NCBI GenBank assembly: GCA_902477075.1
Contig: CABSFU010000006.1
Coordinates: 757-64,756 of the forward strand
Reading direction: 5' to 3'
DNA length: 64,000 nucleotides
DNA from: an uncultured Bacillales bacterium
GTDB lineage: Bacteria > Bacillota_I > Bacilli_A > RF39 > UBA660
The translations under genes and the position numbers were made by a program. Below the pieces are notes generated by a model. The model searched no databases. It saw only the letters and a list, made by a program, of their open reading frames with translations, and was not told the origin of the DNA. Shown here piece after piece: positions 28,474 through 39,255 of the stretch (the first letter of the stretch is position 1; each line of letters begins with the position of its first letter).

Positions 28474-28665
28474 TCAATCTTTTTTTAGATTTTTTTTGAA
28501 TACCAATATTGCTTTTGCAGAATTAGTTGTAGACATTGTTACTAATTCATATCCATTTTCTATCATTTCATTAGATTTTTTTTCTACTTTTTTTGCCATG
28601 GTGTCTGTCTTTGGGGAATACTCTATAATAACAGTTTTATACATTTTTTCTACACATCCTAACAC
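28474..28665 (-). CDS. small protein, 63 aa, DUF4177-like pattern
   Basis: YKTVIIEY...NEMIENGYELVTM...ILVFKK resembles the small DUF4177 fold. This is a weak call. Confidence 0.4.
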   Translation of the reverse strand: MLGCVEKMYKTVIIEYSPKTDTMAKKVEKKSNEMIENGYELVTMSTTNSAKAILVFKKNLKKD

Positions 28666-28818
28666 ATAATAAACTAATAAATTATTATTTATATTATTTA
28701 TTATAAAAAGAATTATGTTCTATTAAGTAAGCATTATTAATTTTGACGATATCATTCATAACTACTGATTTTGAAATTTTCATTTCAATTTTTGTCATAA
28801 TCGATCATTTTCCTAAAA

Positions 28819-29656
28819 TTATTTTAAATCTAAAGTATTTTTAGAGCATCCCTTAATGCAATTACAGCAAAGTATACATTCAGTACCATTTTTTCTTTTT
28901 CTTGAATCATCTAGCATATCTACATTCATTGGACAACTTCTTATACATTATGACAATTAATACATTTACTATAATCACACTTAACTCTTAAATATGAAAA
29001 GTAACTAGACGGCTTTAGAAAAACAGTTACAGGACATATATATTTACAAAATGCTCTATTATCTTTAAATCTAAATGCCAGTAATACTCCTAAAGCATAA
29101 TATACTATGTTTCCAATTATAAAAGAAAAAAACATTATGTTTTCTAAATTATCTACTTTAAATATAAATAATGCGGAGACAAATGTTAATAATAACAAGA
29201 ATACAATATATCTAATCCAGCCAAGTTTTTTCCTATCATTTTTAGGAATTTTATAAGGCAATAAATCTAAAACCATTCCAGTCCAACAAGCATAACCACA
29301 CCATCCTCTACCAAAGAATAATGGACCGGCAATTTTTGCTACGAAATAATGTATTGTTGCAGCTTCAAATACTCCTAAAAATAAATAGTACCAAAAGCCT
29401 TCAATTGCATATTTTCCCTACATATAACGTCTAAATACACAAGTATATATGAACCAACTGCCAACTGAACAAAGTTTCTTGCATGTTAAACTTTATGCAA
29501 CATTAAATGCATTCCAGTTGATATACAAATTCCTATATAATTAAAATTTAACAAATAAAATAAATTTTTTGTAGAAACAAATAATAATATTGCAACAGTT
29601 TCAAATATTAACATTGTTATTAACATAACTTTGTTTTCTTTAATCCATTTAATCAT
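28819..29656 (-). pseudogene. membrane 4Fe-4S-binding protein, decayed (in-frame stops and a frameshift)
   Basis: Fragments in three frames: MIKWIKENKVMLITML.., ..GRGWCGYACWTGMVLDLLPYK.. (preceded by an in-frame TAG near 29418), ..FCKYICPV..CINCHN then a frameshift into CPMNVD...CILCCNCIKGC. Confidence 0.7.
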
Positions 29657-29697
29657 AATTTCTTATTCCTAACGTCTTAAAATAAACATTATATAAT

Positions 29698-32247
29698 TTA
29701 ATCTTTAAACAATTTTGCTAACAAAGGTTTAATTAATTCGTAAATAAATATTGCTATAAAGTTTATTAAAAATACTACTAATATTAAACTAATATCTATT
29801 GATGTTATACTTATTAATTTTCCAATTGGTGTAATGAATACTATGAGTTCTATTAAAAATATCAATAATAATCCATAATTCATTGCTTTATTGGAAAATA
29901 ATCCTTGTTTAACAATCGATTGTTTTAAATTTCTACAAGATATAGAATAAACTATTTCTTGAACCACCATTGAAAGAAGTGCTAAAGACATAGCTGTTTC
30001 TTGCCCATACATTTTTAAACTAATGAAGTAAGTAAAAACTACAAATATAGTTTCAATTATAGCCGAAGATACGATGCAAGATTTTATAAATGGTGTAAAT
30101 AATGGTTTATTGATTCCTCTCGGTTTTTTATTCATTATGCCATCTTCACTCTTTTCAAAAGATAGGCATATACTAGGAATAGAATCAGTTACCAAATCAA
30201 TAAATAAAATATAAATTGGTAATAGAATTGTCGTTTTAGAAAGTAGCCCTATTATAATAGTAAATATTTCAGCGAAATTACTTGATAATGAAAACACTAT
30301 ATTATTTCTAATATTATTATATATTCTTCTCCCTTCTTCAACAGCGACAACTATTGTTGAAAAAGAATCATCCATTAATACTATGTCAGAAGCTGACTTT
30401 GTAACATCAGTACCAGTAATACCCATTCCAACGCCTACATGAGCATCTTTAATAGCAGGAGCATCATTTACTCCATCTCCGGTCATTGCTACTATTTTCC
30501 CACTATTTTGCAGGGCAAAAACAATTCTCTCTTTATGGGAAGGATTTACTCTTGCATACACAGAGTATTGTTTGACGATATTTTTTAGTTCTTTATCATT
30601 ATATTTATCAAGTTCACTTCCTAGTATTGCTTCATCATCATTACTTATAATTCCAACATTTTTGGCAATAGCTGTTGCTGTGTCTATAGAGTCCCCTGTA
30701 ATCATTATTGGTCTAATACCAGCATTTTTACATAAATAAACACTTTTCTTAACACTTTCTCTAGGCGGATCTATCATTCCTAGAATACCAGCAAACGATA
30801 AATTACTCTCTTCTTTTTCTAATTCTTTAATATCTTTGGGGATATAATCCAATTTTTTATACGCAAATACTAAAGTTCTTAAAGCATTTTTAGAAAGATT
30901 TTTAACCTTATCTAAAATTTCTTTTTGTTCATTCTTAGTTAAATTTACCTTCTCAATTAAGGAATCCATACTACCTTTGCATAAAATATATACATCATTA
31001 TCAATTCTATTTAAAGTAGTAAACATCTTTCTATCACTATCAAACGGTATATCTAATATTCTCTTACATTTTTTTCTCAACTTAAGAGAATCAATTTTTT
31101 TATTATATAGATAATCATATAAACAAGTTTCTGTAGGATCACCTACATATTTATCTTCATAAATAAGGCCATCATTACAAAGAGCACATATATAATTAAG
31201 CATATTTTCATCTATTACATATTCCTCTTTAACAGTCATTTTATTTTGCGTTATAGTGCCTGTTTTATCAGAACAAATAATATCTATTGCTCCAAGCGTT
31301 TCTACAGCTTGCATTTGTTTTACTATTGTTTTCTTTTTTGCTAAATTAGATATTCCAACAGATAATGTTATTGTAATTACAGTTGGTAATCCTTCTGGAA
31401 TAGCAGCCACTGCTAGTGATGAACATAGCATTATAATTTCAAGTATTGTGTATTTATTAATTAAAGCTAAAATAAATATAAAAATTAAAATAATAAATAC
31501 TATAAATGTAATTTTTTTAGAAAGTTCTTTTATCTTTAATTGTAATGGTGTTTCTATTCTATCGATTTCATTTAGTGATAATGCAATCTTACCTATCTCA
31601 GTATTTTTCCCTGTACTTATAACTATACCAGTACATTTTCCATTAGTAATGCTTGTTCCTAAAAAAAGCATGTTTTTTTGTTCTTGAAGAATTAAGTTTT
31701 CTTTTAAAACATTGGCACTTTTTTGAACTGGAACACTTTCGCCAGTTAGTGTTGATTCATCTACTTTTAGACTCTCACATGAAAGTATTCTAATATCAGC
31801 AGGAACAGTTTCTCCAGATTCTAAATATATTATATCTCCTGGAACTAATTCTTTGGTGTTTATTACTATTATTTTGTCACTTCTTTTAACTTTACAAGTA
31901 CTAGTTTCATATTTTTTTAAATCTCTTAATATTAAAGCAGCTTTTTCTTCTTGTATAAATCCAACAATAGCATTTATAAAAACTACAAAAAGAATTACTA
32001 TAGTATCAGTATATTCATGAGAATAAAAATATCCATAAAAATATAAAAGCAACGCAACTACTAACAATATGATAATCATGGTATCATTAAATTGTTTTAA
32101 AAACCTCAAAATCCAAGGGGTTTTCTTTTTATTTAGAATGATATTTTGTCCATAATCATTTAATCTTCTATCCGTTTCTTTACTATCTAATCCATCAATA
32201 TTACTATTTAAAATTTTAAATATCTCTTCTTCATTTTTAGAATACAA
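29698..32247 (-). CDS. P2-type cation-transporting P-type ATPase (Ca2+/Mg2+-like)
   Basis: 849 aa. TGESVPV, PEGLPTVITITL, CSDKTGTITQN and TGDGVNDAPAIKDAHVGVGMG motifs, with about 10 TM helices. Confidence 0.9.
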   Translation of the reverse strand: MYSKNEEEIFKILNSNIDGLDSKETDRRLNDYGQNIILNKKKTPWILRFLKQFNDTMIIILLVVALLLYFYGYFYSHEYTDTIVILFVVFINAIVGFIQEEKAALILRDLKKYETSTCKVKRSDKIIVINTKELVPGDIIYLESGETVPADIRILSCESLKVDESTLTGESVPVQKSANVLKENLILQEQKNMLFLGTSITNGKCTGIVISTGKNTEIGKIALSLNEIDRIETPLQLKIKELSKKITFIVFIILIFIFILALINKYTILEIIMLCSSLAVAAIPEGLPTVITITLSVGISNLAKKKTIVKQMQAVETLGAIDIICSDKTGTITQNKMTVKEEYVIDENMLNYICALCNDGLIYEDKYVGDPTETCLYDYLYNKKIDSLKLRKKCKRILDIPFDSDRKMFTTLNRIDNDVYILCKGSMDSLIEKVNLTKNEQKEILDKVKNLSKNALRTLVFAYKKLDYIPKDIKELEKEESNLSFAGILGMIDPPRESVKKSVYLCKNAGIRPIMITGDSIDTATAIAKNVGIISNDDEAILGSELDKYNDKELKNIVKQYSVYARVNPSHKERIVFALQNSGKIVAMTGDGVNDAPAIKDAHVGVGMGITGTDVTKSASDIVLMDDSFSTIVVAVEEGRRIYNNIRNNIVFSLSSNFAEIFTIIIGLLSKTTILLPIYILFIDLVTDSIPSICLSFEKSEDGIMNKKPRGINKPLFTPFIKSCIVSSAIIETIFVVFTYFISLKMYGQETAMSLALLSMVVQEIVYSISCRNLKQSIVKQGLFSNKAMNYGLLLIFLIELIVFITPIGKLISITSIDISLILVVFLINFIAIFIYELIKPLLAKLFKD

Positions 32248-32284
32248 TTTTATCTCTCCTTTTTACCTATATTTTAAATTTCAA

Positions 32285-32480
32285 ATGCATATTCTATGCC
32301 ATAAATACTCCACCAGCCTAGTCAAATAAAGAAAACAATATAAGCATATAATCTTTGTTTTGCATCTTCAAAAGAATTTGTATATTCAATCTTTACTTTT
32401 TTTCCAAGTTCTTGCTAATCAGAAAGCCGGTTTTACAATTCTAGCATATCATTTTTAATTTCTTCATTAATAATGATACC
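32285..32480 (-). pseudogene. possible remnant of a transposase (integrase-core) C-terminus
   Basis: A single frame reads GIIINEEIKNDMLEL*NRLSD*QELGKKVKIEYTNSFEDAKQRLYAYIVFFI*LGWWSIYGIEY. The pattern F.....L..YI.F(Y)N resembles the end of IS3-type OrfB. Three in-frame stops. Weak call. Confidence 0.25.
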
Positions 32481-32511
32481 TCTATTTCAATAAATTTCTA
32501 TTTATCTATTT

Positions 32512-33519
32512 TTAGTTTTTATTTATCCACTCAACGGTATCTTTTATTGTATCTGTTATACTTCTCGTTTTAAAATCTAAATCTTTCTTAGCTTTTTCAT
32601 TACTAAAATTTGCATTAGATGATAAAGTATATAATGAATACTTTGTAAAAAGTGGAGTCTGTTTTTTTAAATTGTAATACATTTCAAATAAAGGAGCTAT
32701 TAACTTTGCAAAACTTATTGGTAATACTATTTTAATTTTTTTTCTTCCTTGCACATGGCAAACTAAATCACATAATTCTTTAATTGTTATATATCTGTTA
32801 GACAAGATATAACATTCCCCTTTTCCACCATTTTTACATGCGCTAATAACACCATCTGCTACATCTCTAACATCAACAAAATCATAGCCACCTTTTACGC
32901 AAGCAAACAATTTACCGTTTGCTATTTCTTTGATTAATTGAGTTAGGTGACTATTTCCAAAATCTTTTGGGCCTATAATTCCAGATGGATGAATAATACA
33001 AGCGTCTAAATTTTTACTTTTAACAGCATCTATTACATACTTTGCAGCTTCTGCCTTTGTTTTTGCATATAATCCATAAACATGATCAGGATTAAAATTA
33101 GTTATCTCTGTTATTAAGCCATTATTAGGTTTTTCTGGAATTGCATGAACACTACTAATATAGATAAGTTTTGCTTTTAATTTTAAAACTTTATCTACTA
33201 TATTTTTAGTACCATTTACATTAACATTATAAATAAGTGGATTATATTTTGATTTTATATATACAACTGCAGCACAATGAATTACAAATACCTCTTTTCC
33301 ATCAGTATTTTCAAAAACAGGGGATAAAGATTCTTTATTGGTTACATCACCATAGTATATTTTACATTTCAAATTTTCTAGTGATTTTGTTGAATCACCA
33401 TTTAACACAAAAGCTCTAATTTCATTATCAGAATCCAGTTCTAATTTTCTTATAATGTTATTACCCAAAAAACCATTTGCCCCTGTTATTATATAAATTC
33501 TTTTCACGATATTTATCAC
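32512..33519 (-). CDS. NAD-dependent epimerase/dehydratase family protein (extended SDR)
   Basis: Rossmann motif IITGANGFLGNNII and catalytic YAKTK. Confidence 0.8.
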   Translation of the reverse strand: MINIVKRIYIITGANGFLGNNIIRKLELDSDNEIRAFVLNGDSTKSLENLKCKIYYGDVTNKESLSPVFENTDGKEVFVIHCAAVVYIKSKYNPLIYNVNVNGTKNIVDKVLKLKAKLIYISSVHAIPEKPNNGLITEITNFNPDHVYGLYAKTKAEAAKYVIDAVKSKNLDACIIHPSGIIGPKDFGNSHLTQLIKEIANGKLFACVKGGYDFVDVRDVADGVISACKNGGKGECYILSNRYITIKELCDLVCHVQGRKKIKIVLPISFAKLIAPLFEMYYNLKKQTPLFTKYSLYTLSSNANFSNEKAKKDLDFKTRSITDTIKDTVEWINKN

Positions 33520-33974
33520 CTACCACTTCACTTGAAAAAATAAATTAAAAATATCTCTTCCTTATAATTGTACCACAAAATCAAGAAAATAATGAATAAG
33601 CTATTTAAACAAAAATAAATTAATTTTTATATAAGAAATAATTAGTTTTACATTTTTTCATACTATCATTGAAAGTTGATTAGATTTATTTATATTCTAT
33701 TGTTTATTCATTGCATAAGAAAATATTTTTCTATTTTCAATTTATTTGTCTATAAAGATTCATATTTCAAATTTAGAAAATACATCAAAAAGGATTAAAT
33801 TATTAACAATTTAATCCTTTTTTTATAATAAAATTGAGTATTTCATCTCTTAAAATTCTGCAATAATATTTAATACATATGTTTTTTTGTTTATGTATGT
33901 TTTTTACATCATTTTAAATTATTTCAATTCCAAGTTATTGAAAAACTATATTTATATTCACTCTTTTGAAAATT

Positions 33975-34436
33975 TTATTGATGCATTCTATAAGCTCTTA
34001 CTTTTGACAAATGAAAGCCATTCTCAACGACATTTTTATATTTGAATACATCTTCGCGAGTTTCAGGTTTTTCAATGATTTCAAAAAAATTTGCTTGTTC
34101 TATAACATTTTCTGGGGTTTGAGCTAATATTTCAGCAATAGATGGTTTAAAAAAACCATAATATCCATAAGTATGTAAACATATAAAGTCATCTACTTTT
34201 TCTAACTGATTTGAGTCTATCATATCTCGTTTATCTTCAACAGAATCCCATATATAAGAGTAATTACTTAATTCTTGCAATGTAAACTCTCTTAATAAGT
34301 ATTTGATTTCATCAATTGTGACAATTGGTTTGAGCAATTGGTATAGTTCTTTTAATCTTTTATTGCTAATAATTGGTATTTCTAATTTTTCTGGCAAAGC
34401 TATCGTTGAACTTGACAAGCCATATAATTTTTCCAT
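33975..34436 (-). CDS. hypothetical protein, 153 aa
   Basis: Intact ORF flanked by long AT-rich spacers. No family recognised. Confidence 0.55.
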   Translation of the reverse strand: MEKLYGLSSSTIALPEKLEIPIISNKRLKELYQLLKPIVTIDEIKYLLREFTLQELSNYSYIWDSVEDKRDMIDSNQLEKVDDFICLHTYGYYGFFKPSIAEILAQTPENVIEQANFFEIIEKPETREDVFKYKNVVENGFHLSKVRAYRMHQ

Positions 34437-34682
34437 GAAAATCCTCCTTACAGCTACTTATTTTACCATTTATTATCTGCTTTAACAATACTAATACACA
34501 AGATATTTTATATTAAAATTTTCAATGTACATCAAAAATCAATGCTATATTTTATGGTTAAGTATAAAAATCAAACTAATATCCAACATTTTTTAAAAGT
34601 ATGTTGGAATATTTAACTATTCTTTGTTGGATATCTTTACAAAAGTTGTTTTTCTTTTATAATAATATTAGGTGAAAATATA

Positions 34683-35240
34683 ATGAAGAAACAAGATTTA
34701 AGAATTATGAAAACGAAAAAAGCATTATACCAATCTTTAATACAACTCATGAAAGAAAAAACTTTCGAAGAAATTAGAGTATCTGATATATGTGAATTAG
34801 CGCTTATTAATCGTTCTACTTTTTATGCTCATTTTGATGATAAATATGAATTGTTATATGACTATATTAAAAACTTAAAAAATGACTTAAAAACGGAATT
34901 ATCTAAAAATAAAGAAATTTCTAATACAAAAGAATATTATATTGAAATGATTAAAATCTTATTAAATCATGTAGAAGATAAAAAAGAAATATATCGCTCC
35001 ATTATGCTTCATAATCAAAATAGTATTATGGCTGACATTATTTATAATGCTTTAAATGAAGATGCTTTAGGCCATATACAAGATAGCAAAACCAATAATA
35101 TTGGAATTCCAAGTGAAATTATATTTAAATTTTATTTAGGAGCAGTTGCTTGTATTGGAATTGAATGGTTAAAAAATGATCATTATTCTAAGCAAGATGT
35201 AATTCATTATCTAGATACCTTAATACCAAATCAATTTTAA
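34683..35240 (+). CDS. TetR/AcrR family transcriptional regulator
   Basis: N-terminal HTH (TFEEIRVSDICELALINRSTFYAHFDDKYELL). Confidence 0.85.
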   Translation: MKKQDLRIMKTKKALYQSLIQLMKEKTFEEIRVSDICELALINRSTFYAHFDDKYELLYDYIKNLKNDLKTELSKNKEISNTKEYYIEMIKILLNHVEDKKEIYRSIMLHNQNSIMADIIYNALNEDALGHIQDSKTNNIGIPSEIIFKFYLGAVACIGIEWLKNDHYSKQDVIHYLDTLIPNQF

Positions 35241-35241
35241 A

Positions 35242-35270
35242 AAAGAAATCGTTTTTGATTTCTTTTTTTA
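35242..35270 (+). terminator. rho-independent terminator after the TetR gene
   Basis: Stem AAAGAAATC / GATTTCTTT with a GTTTTT loop, followed by a T-run. Confidence 0.7.
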
Positions 35271-35273
35271 TAT

Positions 35274-35586
35274 TTACGAAATAATAGATTTTGGAATTGT
35301 GATTACTGGGCGAATGCCACCAAAGGTATAACTGGCAACATTGTAGCTCAAGTATCCACCCCTAGTCATGTGCCAAACCTATAATTTGGTCATTATCTTT
35401 TATAAAAGAAACTTTTTTTCAATTCTATGTGATCTGAATTTTTAAAATATTCTTCTTCATCTTTTAAAAACATTTCGATAAAATATTTTCTAAAATCTGA
35501 ATCAAGTAAAAATTCTCTTTTGACTTGTTATACATTATATTATTATCAAAACTAATCATGGATAAAGTTTCCAATTTTTGTTTCAT
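35274..35586 (-). pseudogene. decayed small gene with a W-x-T-R ... GGIRPVITIPKSIIS* C-terminal module
   Basis: The ATG at 35584-35586 (MKQKLETLSMISF..) is followed by multiple stops and frame changes. The last frame reads WHMTRGGYLSYNVASYTFGGIRPVITIPKSIIS*. The 3' 43 nt are near-identical to 63519-63561. Confidence 0.6.
35278..35320. repeat. 43-nt repeat (copy 1) shared with 63519-63561
   Basis: GAAATAATAGATTTTGGAATTGTGATTACTGGGCGAAT(G/A)CCAC, 42/43 identical between copies. It encodes the GIRPVITIPKSII C-terminus on the minus strand. Confidence 0.85.
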
Positions 35587-35597
35587 ATATCACTTAT

Positions 35598-35624
35598 AAG
35601 AAAAGAAGTTTCTTTGAAACTTCT
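35598..35624 (-). terminator. rho-independent terminator after rpoC
   Basis: On the minus strand, AGAAGTTTC-AAA-GAAACTTCT followed by a T-rich tract. It overlaps the rpoC stop by 2 nt. Confidence 0.6.
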
Positions 35625-38600
35625 AATCCATTAATTCTTCTTCTAATACATCAAGTGGTTCTAAAGTAGAATCAACATTCTCTAATGTATAATTACACTT
35701 TTTATACTTTCTAGCACCAGTACCTGCTGGAATTAATTTACCAATAATAACATTTTCTTTTAAACCATTTAAATGGTCTACTTTACCATGAATAGCGGCA
35801 TCTGTTAAAATTCTAGTTGTTTCTTGGAAAGATGCTGCTGATAAGAATGAATCTGTTTCTAGAGAAGCTTTTGTAATACCTAACATAACAGGACGACCTG
35901 TTGCTGGGCTTTTACCATTTAAGATAAGTTCTTTATTTTCTTCTCTAAATTGATTGATATTTACCATAGTACCTGGTAAGAAATAAGAATCACCTGAATT
36001 AACGATTTTAATTTTAGAAATCATACGTTTTGCTATAATTTCAACGTGTTTATCGGAAATATCAACACCTTGTGAACGGTAAACTTTTTGAATTTCAGAT
36101 AAAATATATTGTTGAACAGTAATTGGATCTGTTACAACCAATAATTCTTTTGGACTAATTGCACCATGTGTTAATCTTTGACCAGATACAACTTGGTCTC
36201 CAATATTAACGGCTAATTTTGCTCCATAATTACTTGTATGTTCTTTTGTTTCTACATCATTTTTAACAGAAATAATAAATTTACCATTTTGTTCTTCAAT
36301 GTTAGAAACTGTACCATTTATTTCTGAAATAGTAGCTTTACCTTTTGGATTACGAGCTTCAAATAACTCTTGTACACGAGGAAGACCTTGCGTAATATCA
36401 TCACCAGCTACACCACCAGAGTTGATTGTTCTCATGGTTAATTGGGTTCCTGGTTCACCAATTGATTGAGCTGCCATAGTACCAACTGCTTCACCAATTT
36501 CTACAATTTGACCAGTTGCTAGGTTACGACCATAACAATGTCTACAAATACTTCCTTTTGCTTTACAAGTTAAAACAGTACGAATAGAAACTTTTGTAAT
36601 ACCTGCAGCAATAATTTTATCTGCTAATACATCTGTAATATAAGTATTACGATCTACAATTACTTCTTTTGTTGTAGGATCAATTACCTTTTTATTTGTA
36701 TAACGTCCAACAATTCTATCTCTTAAGGATTCAATCACAGTACCATCTGTATTTAAGAATGCTTCTACTACAACGCCTTCATCCGTACCACAATCATCCT
36801 CTTTGATAATAATATCATGAGACACATCAATAAGTCTTCTTGTTAAGTAACCTGCATCAGCTGTTTTAAGAGCGGTATCAACGAAACCTTTACGAATACC
36901 ATGAGTTGCTAAGAAGAATTCTGACACTCTAGCACCTTCTATGAAAGAAGATGTAATTGGAATTTCAACAGCTTCACCATTTGGTTTTGCCATAAGTCCA
37001 CGCATACCAGCCATTTGGTTGTAGTTACTCATATTACCACGAGCACCTGAATCAATCATAATTGAAATAGGATTTTCTTTATTGTTATTAATAATTTCAG
37101 ATAATTCATCAGCAATTGTATTTTTAGCACCATTCCATGTAGCAATTACTTTTTCGTAACGCTCTTGTTCATTAATTAAACCACGTTTAAACAATTTATT
37201 AATTTGAGCAACTTTATCATTTGCTTCACTTAAAATTTCTTCTTTATGACTAGATGGAATAATATCCCCAATACCAATTGAAATACCAGATAAAGTAGAT
37301 TCTTTAAAACCTAAATCTTTCATCTTATCTAGCATAATAGAAGTTTCAGTAGTTTGATATCTTTTATAAATTTGAGCAATTAATTTAGTTAAAGTCTTTT
37401 TACCAAATGGTTTTACTAATGGCATTTCACTAATTGCTTTTTTAATATCTGTACCTTTTTCTAAGAAGAATTTAGATGGTGTAATTCCTTCAATATTTTC
37501 TTTTTCACCTTCATTAATATATTGGAAAGTGTCAGGGAAAATTTCGTTGAATTTTAATTTACCTACTGTTGTTACTAAGTATTTACCATTTTGTTCTTCT
37601 GTAAATAATTTATGTTTAAATCCACTTACAGGGATAGCAATTCTTGTATGTTGAGAAATTTCTCTTCTCTCAAATGCCATCATTGCTTCATCTGGATTTT
37701 TAAATACTCTACCTTCTCCAACTTCACCAGCCTTTTCAATTGTGATGTAATAGTTACCTAAAATCATATCTTGTCCTGGTGTAACGATTGGATTACCATC
37801 GGAAGGTTTTAAGATGTTATTTGCGCCTAACATTAATATTCTAGCTTCTGCTTGTGCTTCTTCACTAATTGGAACGTGAACAGCCATTTGATCTCCATCG
37901 AAATCGGCATTAAATGCAGCACAAACTAGTGGATGTAGACGAATTGCTCTACCTTCAATTAATTTAGGTTCAAATGCTTGAATACCTAATCTATGTAAAG
38001 TTGGAGCACGGTTTAATAAAACTGGATGCTCTTTAATTTTTTCTTCAACAATATCCCAAACTCTTGGATCCTGATTTTCAATCATACGTTTTGCAGCTTT
38101 GATATTTGAAGCAATATCTTTAGATACTAAGCCATTAATAACATATGGTTTGAATAATTCTAGAGCCATTTCCTTTGGAATACCACATTCATACATTTTT
38201 AAAGATGGTCCAACAACGATAACCGAACGTCCTGAATAATCAACACGTTTACCAAGAAGGTTTTGACGGAAACGTCCTTGTTTACCTTTTAACATGCTAG
38301 ATAAAGATTTTAAAGGTCTATTACCAGCACCCGTTATATTACGTCCTCTTCTACCATTATCAAACAAAGCATCTACTGCTTCTTGTAACATACGTTTTTC
38401 ATTTTGAATAATGATACTAGGAGCACCTAGTTCCATTAATTTTTTAAGACGATTGTTACGATTGATAACTCTTCTATATAAATCATTTAAATCAGATGTA
38501 GCAAATCTACCGCCATCTAATTGAATCATTGGTCTAAGTTCAGGAGGGATAACAGGAATAACATCCATAATCATCCATTCTGGTTTATTACCAGATTCTA

Positions 38601-39255
38601 AGAAGGCATCTAAAACATCTAATCTTTTAATTAAACGAACTCTTTTTTGACTAGTTCCATCTTTAATTTCCTCAATTTCTTTTTTAATTGTTTCTACTTC
38701 TTTTTCAAGATCAACTTGTTGTAATAATTCTTTAATTGCTTCTGCACCCATACCTACTCTAAAAGTATTTCCATATTTTTCATAATAAGCACGGTATTCT
38801 TTATCACTAATAATTTGTTTTTTCTCTAAAGGAGCAGCTCCTGGATCTAGTACAACATAAGATACGAAATATAATACTTCTTCTAGATCACGAGGTGACA
38901 TATCAAGGACAAGTCCCATGCGAGATGGAATTCCTTTAAAAAACCAAATATGAGAAACAGGAGTAGCAAGTTCAATATGTCCCATTCTCTCACGACGAAC
39001 TTTCGAAGATGTAACTTCTACTCCACATCTATCACAAACAATATTTTTATATCTTAATCTTTTATATTTGCCACAAGAACATTCAAAATCTTTTGTAGGA
39101 CCAAATATTTTTTCACAGAATAAGCCATCTCTTTCTGGTTTTAAAGTACGATAGTTGATTGTTTCTGCTTTTTTTACTTCTCCATGTGACCATTCACGGA
39201 TTCTTTCAGGAGAGGCAATGGCTATTCTTAACCCTTCAAAGTTATCAATATTCAT
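35623..39255 (-). CDS. rpoC: DNA-directed RNA polymerase subunit beta'
   Basis: 1210 aa. Zinc-binding [23 protein letters not shown], catalytic [12 protein letters not shown], and alignable with RpoC throughout. Confidence 0.98.
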   Translation of the reverse strand: MNIDNFEGLRIAIASPERIREWSHGEVKKAETINYRTLKPERDGLFCEKIFGPTKDFECSCGKYKRLRYKNIVCDRCGVEVTSSKVRRERMGHIELATPVSHIWFFKGIPSRMGLVLDMSPRDLEEVLYFVSYVVLDPGAAPLEKKQIISDKEYRAYYEKYGNTFRVGMGAEAIKELLQQVDLEKEVETIKKEIEEIKDGTSQKRVRLIKRLDVLDAFLESGNKPEWMIMDVIPVIPPELRPMIQLDGGRFATSDLNDLYRRVINRNNRLKKLMELGAPSIIIQNEKRMLQEAVDALFDNGRRGRNITGAGNRPLKSLSSMLKGKQGRFRQNLLGKRVDYSGRSVIVVGPSLKMYECGIPKEMALELFKPYVINGLVSKDIASNIKAAKRMIENQDPRVWDIVEEKIKEHPVLLNRAPTLHRLGIQAFEPKLIEGRAIRLHPLVCAAFNADFDGDQMAVHVPISEEAQAEARILMLGANNILKPSDGNPIVTPGQDMILGNYYITIEKAGEVGEGRVFKNPDEAMMAFERREISQHTRIAIPVSGFKHKLFTEEQNGKYLVTTVGKLKFNEIFPDTFQYINEGEKENIEGITPSKFFLEKGTDIKKAISEMPLVKPFGKKTLTKLIAQIYKRYQTTETSIMLDKMKDLGFKESTLSGISIGIGDIIPSSHKEEILSEANDKVAQINKLFKRGLINEQERYEKVIATWNGAKNTIADELSEIINNNKENPISIMIDSGARGNMSNYNQMAGMRGLMAKPNGEAVEIPITSSFIEGARVSEFFLATHGIRKGFVDTALKTADAGYLTRRLIDVSHDIIIKEDDCGTDEGVVVEAFLNTDGTVIESLRDRIVGRYTNKKVIDPTTKEVIVDRNTYITDVLADKIIAAGITKVSIRTVLTCKAKGSICRHCYGRNLATGQIVEIGEAVGTMAAQSIGEPGTQLTMRTINSGGVAGDDITQGLPRVQELFEARNPKGKATISEINGTVSNIEEQNGKFIISVKNDVETKEHTSNYGAKLAVNIGDQVVSGQRLTHGAISPKELLVVTDPITVQQYILSEIQKVYRSQGVDISDKHVEIIAKRMISKIKIVNSGDSYFLPGTMVNINQFREENKELILNGKSPATGRPVMLGITKASLETDSFLSAASFQETTRILTDAAIHGKVDHLNGLKENVIIGKLIPAGTGARKYKKCNYTLENVDSTLEPLDVLEEELMD

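Larger units (their letters stand above)
26995..28808 (+). mobile_element. IME unit 3: minimal derivative carrying three leftward cargo genes (right end tentative)
   Basis: The left end is homologous to units 1 and 2. The right end is proposed at a degenerate repeat AATCGATCATTTT (28799-28811), compared with AATCGCTCCATTT at unit 2. Confidence 0.45.

Noticed and set aside
28696-28798. 34-codon minus-strand ORF (MTKIEMKISKSVVMNDIVKINNAYLIEHNSFYNK) at the right end of unit 3
   Set aside because: It has no convincing RBS and no homolog in the other units, so support is insufficient to call a gene.
31256-31687. 143-aa plus-strand ORF
   Set aside because: It lies entirely antisense within the well-supported P-type ATPase gene.
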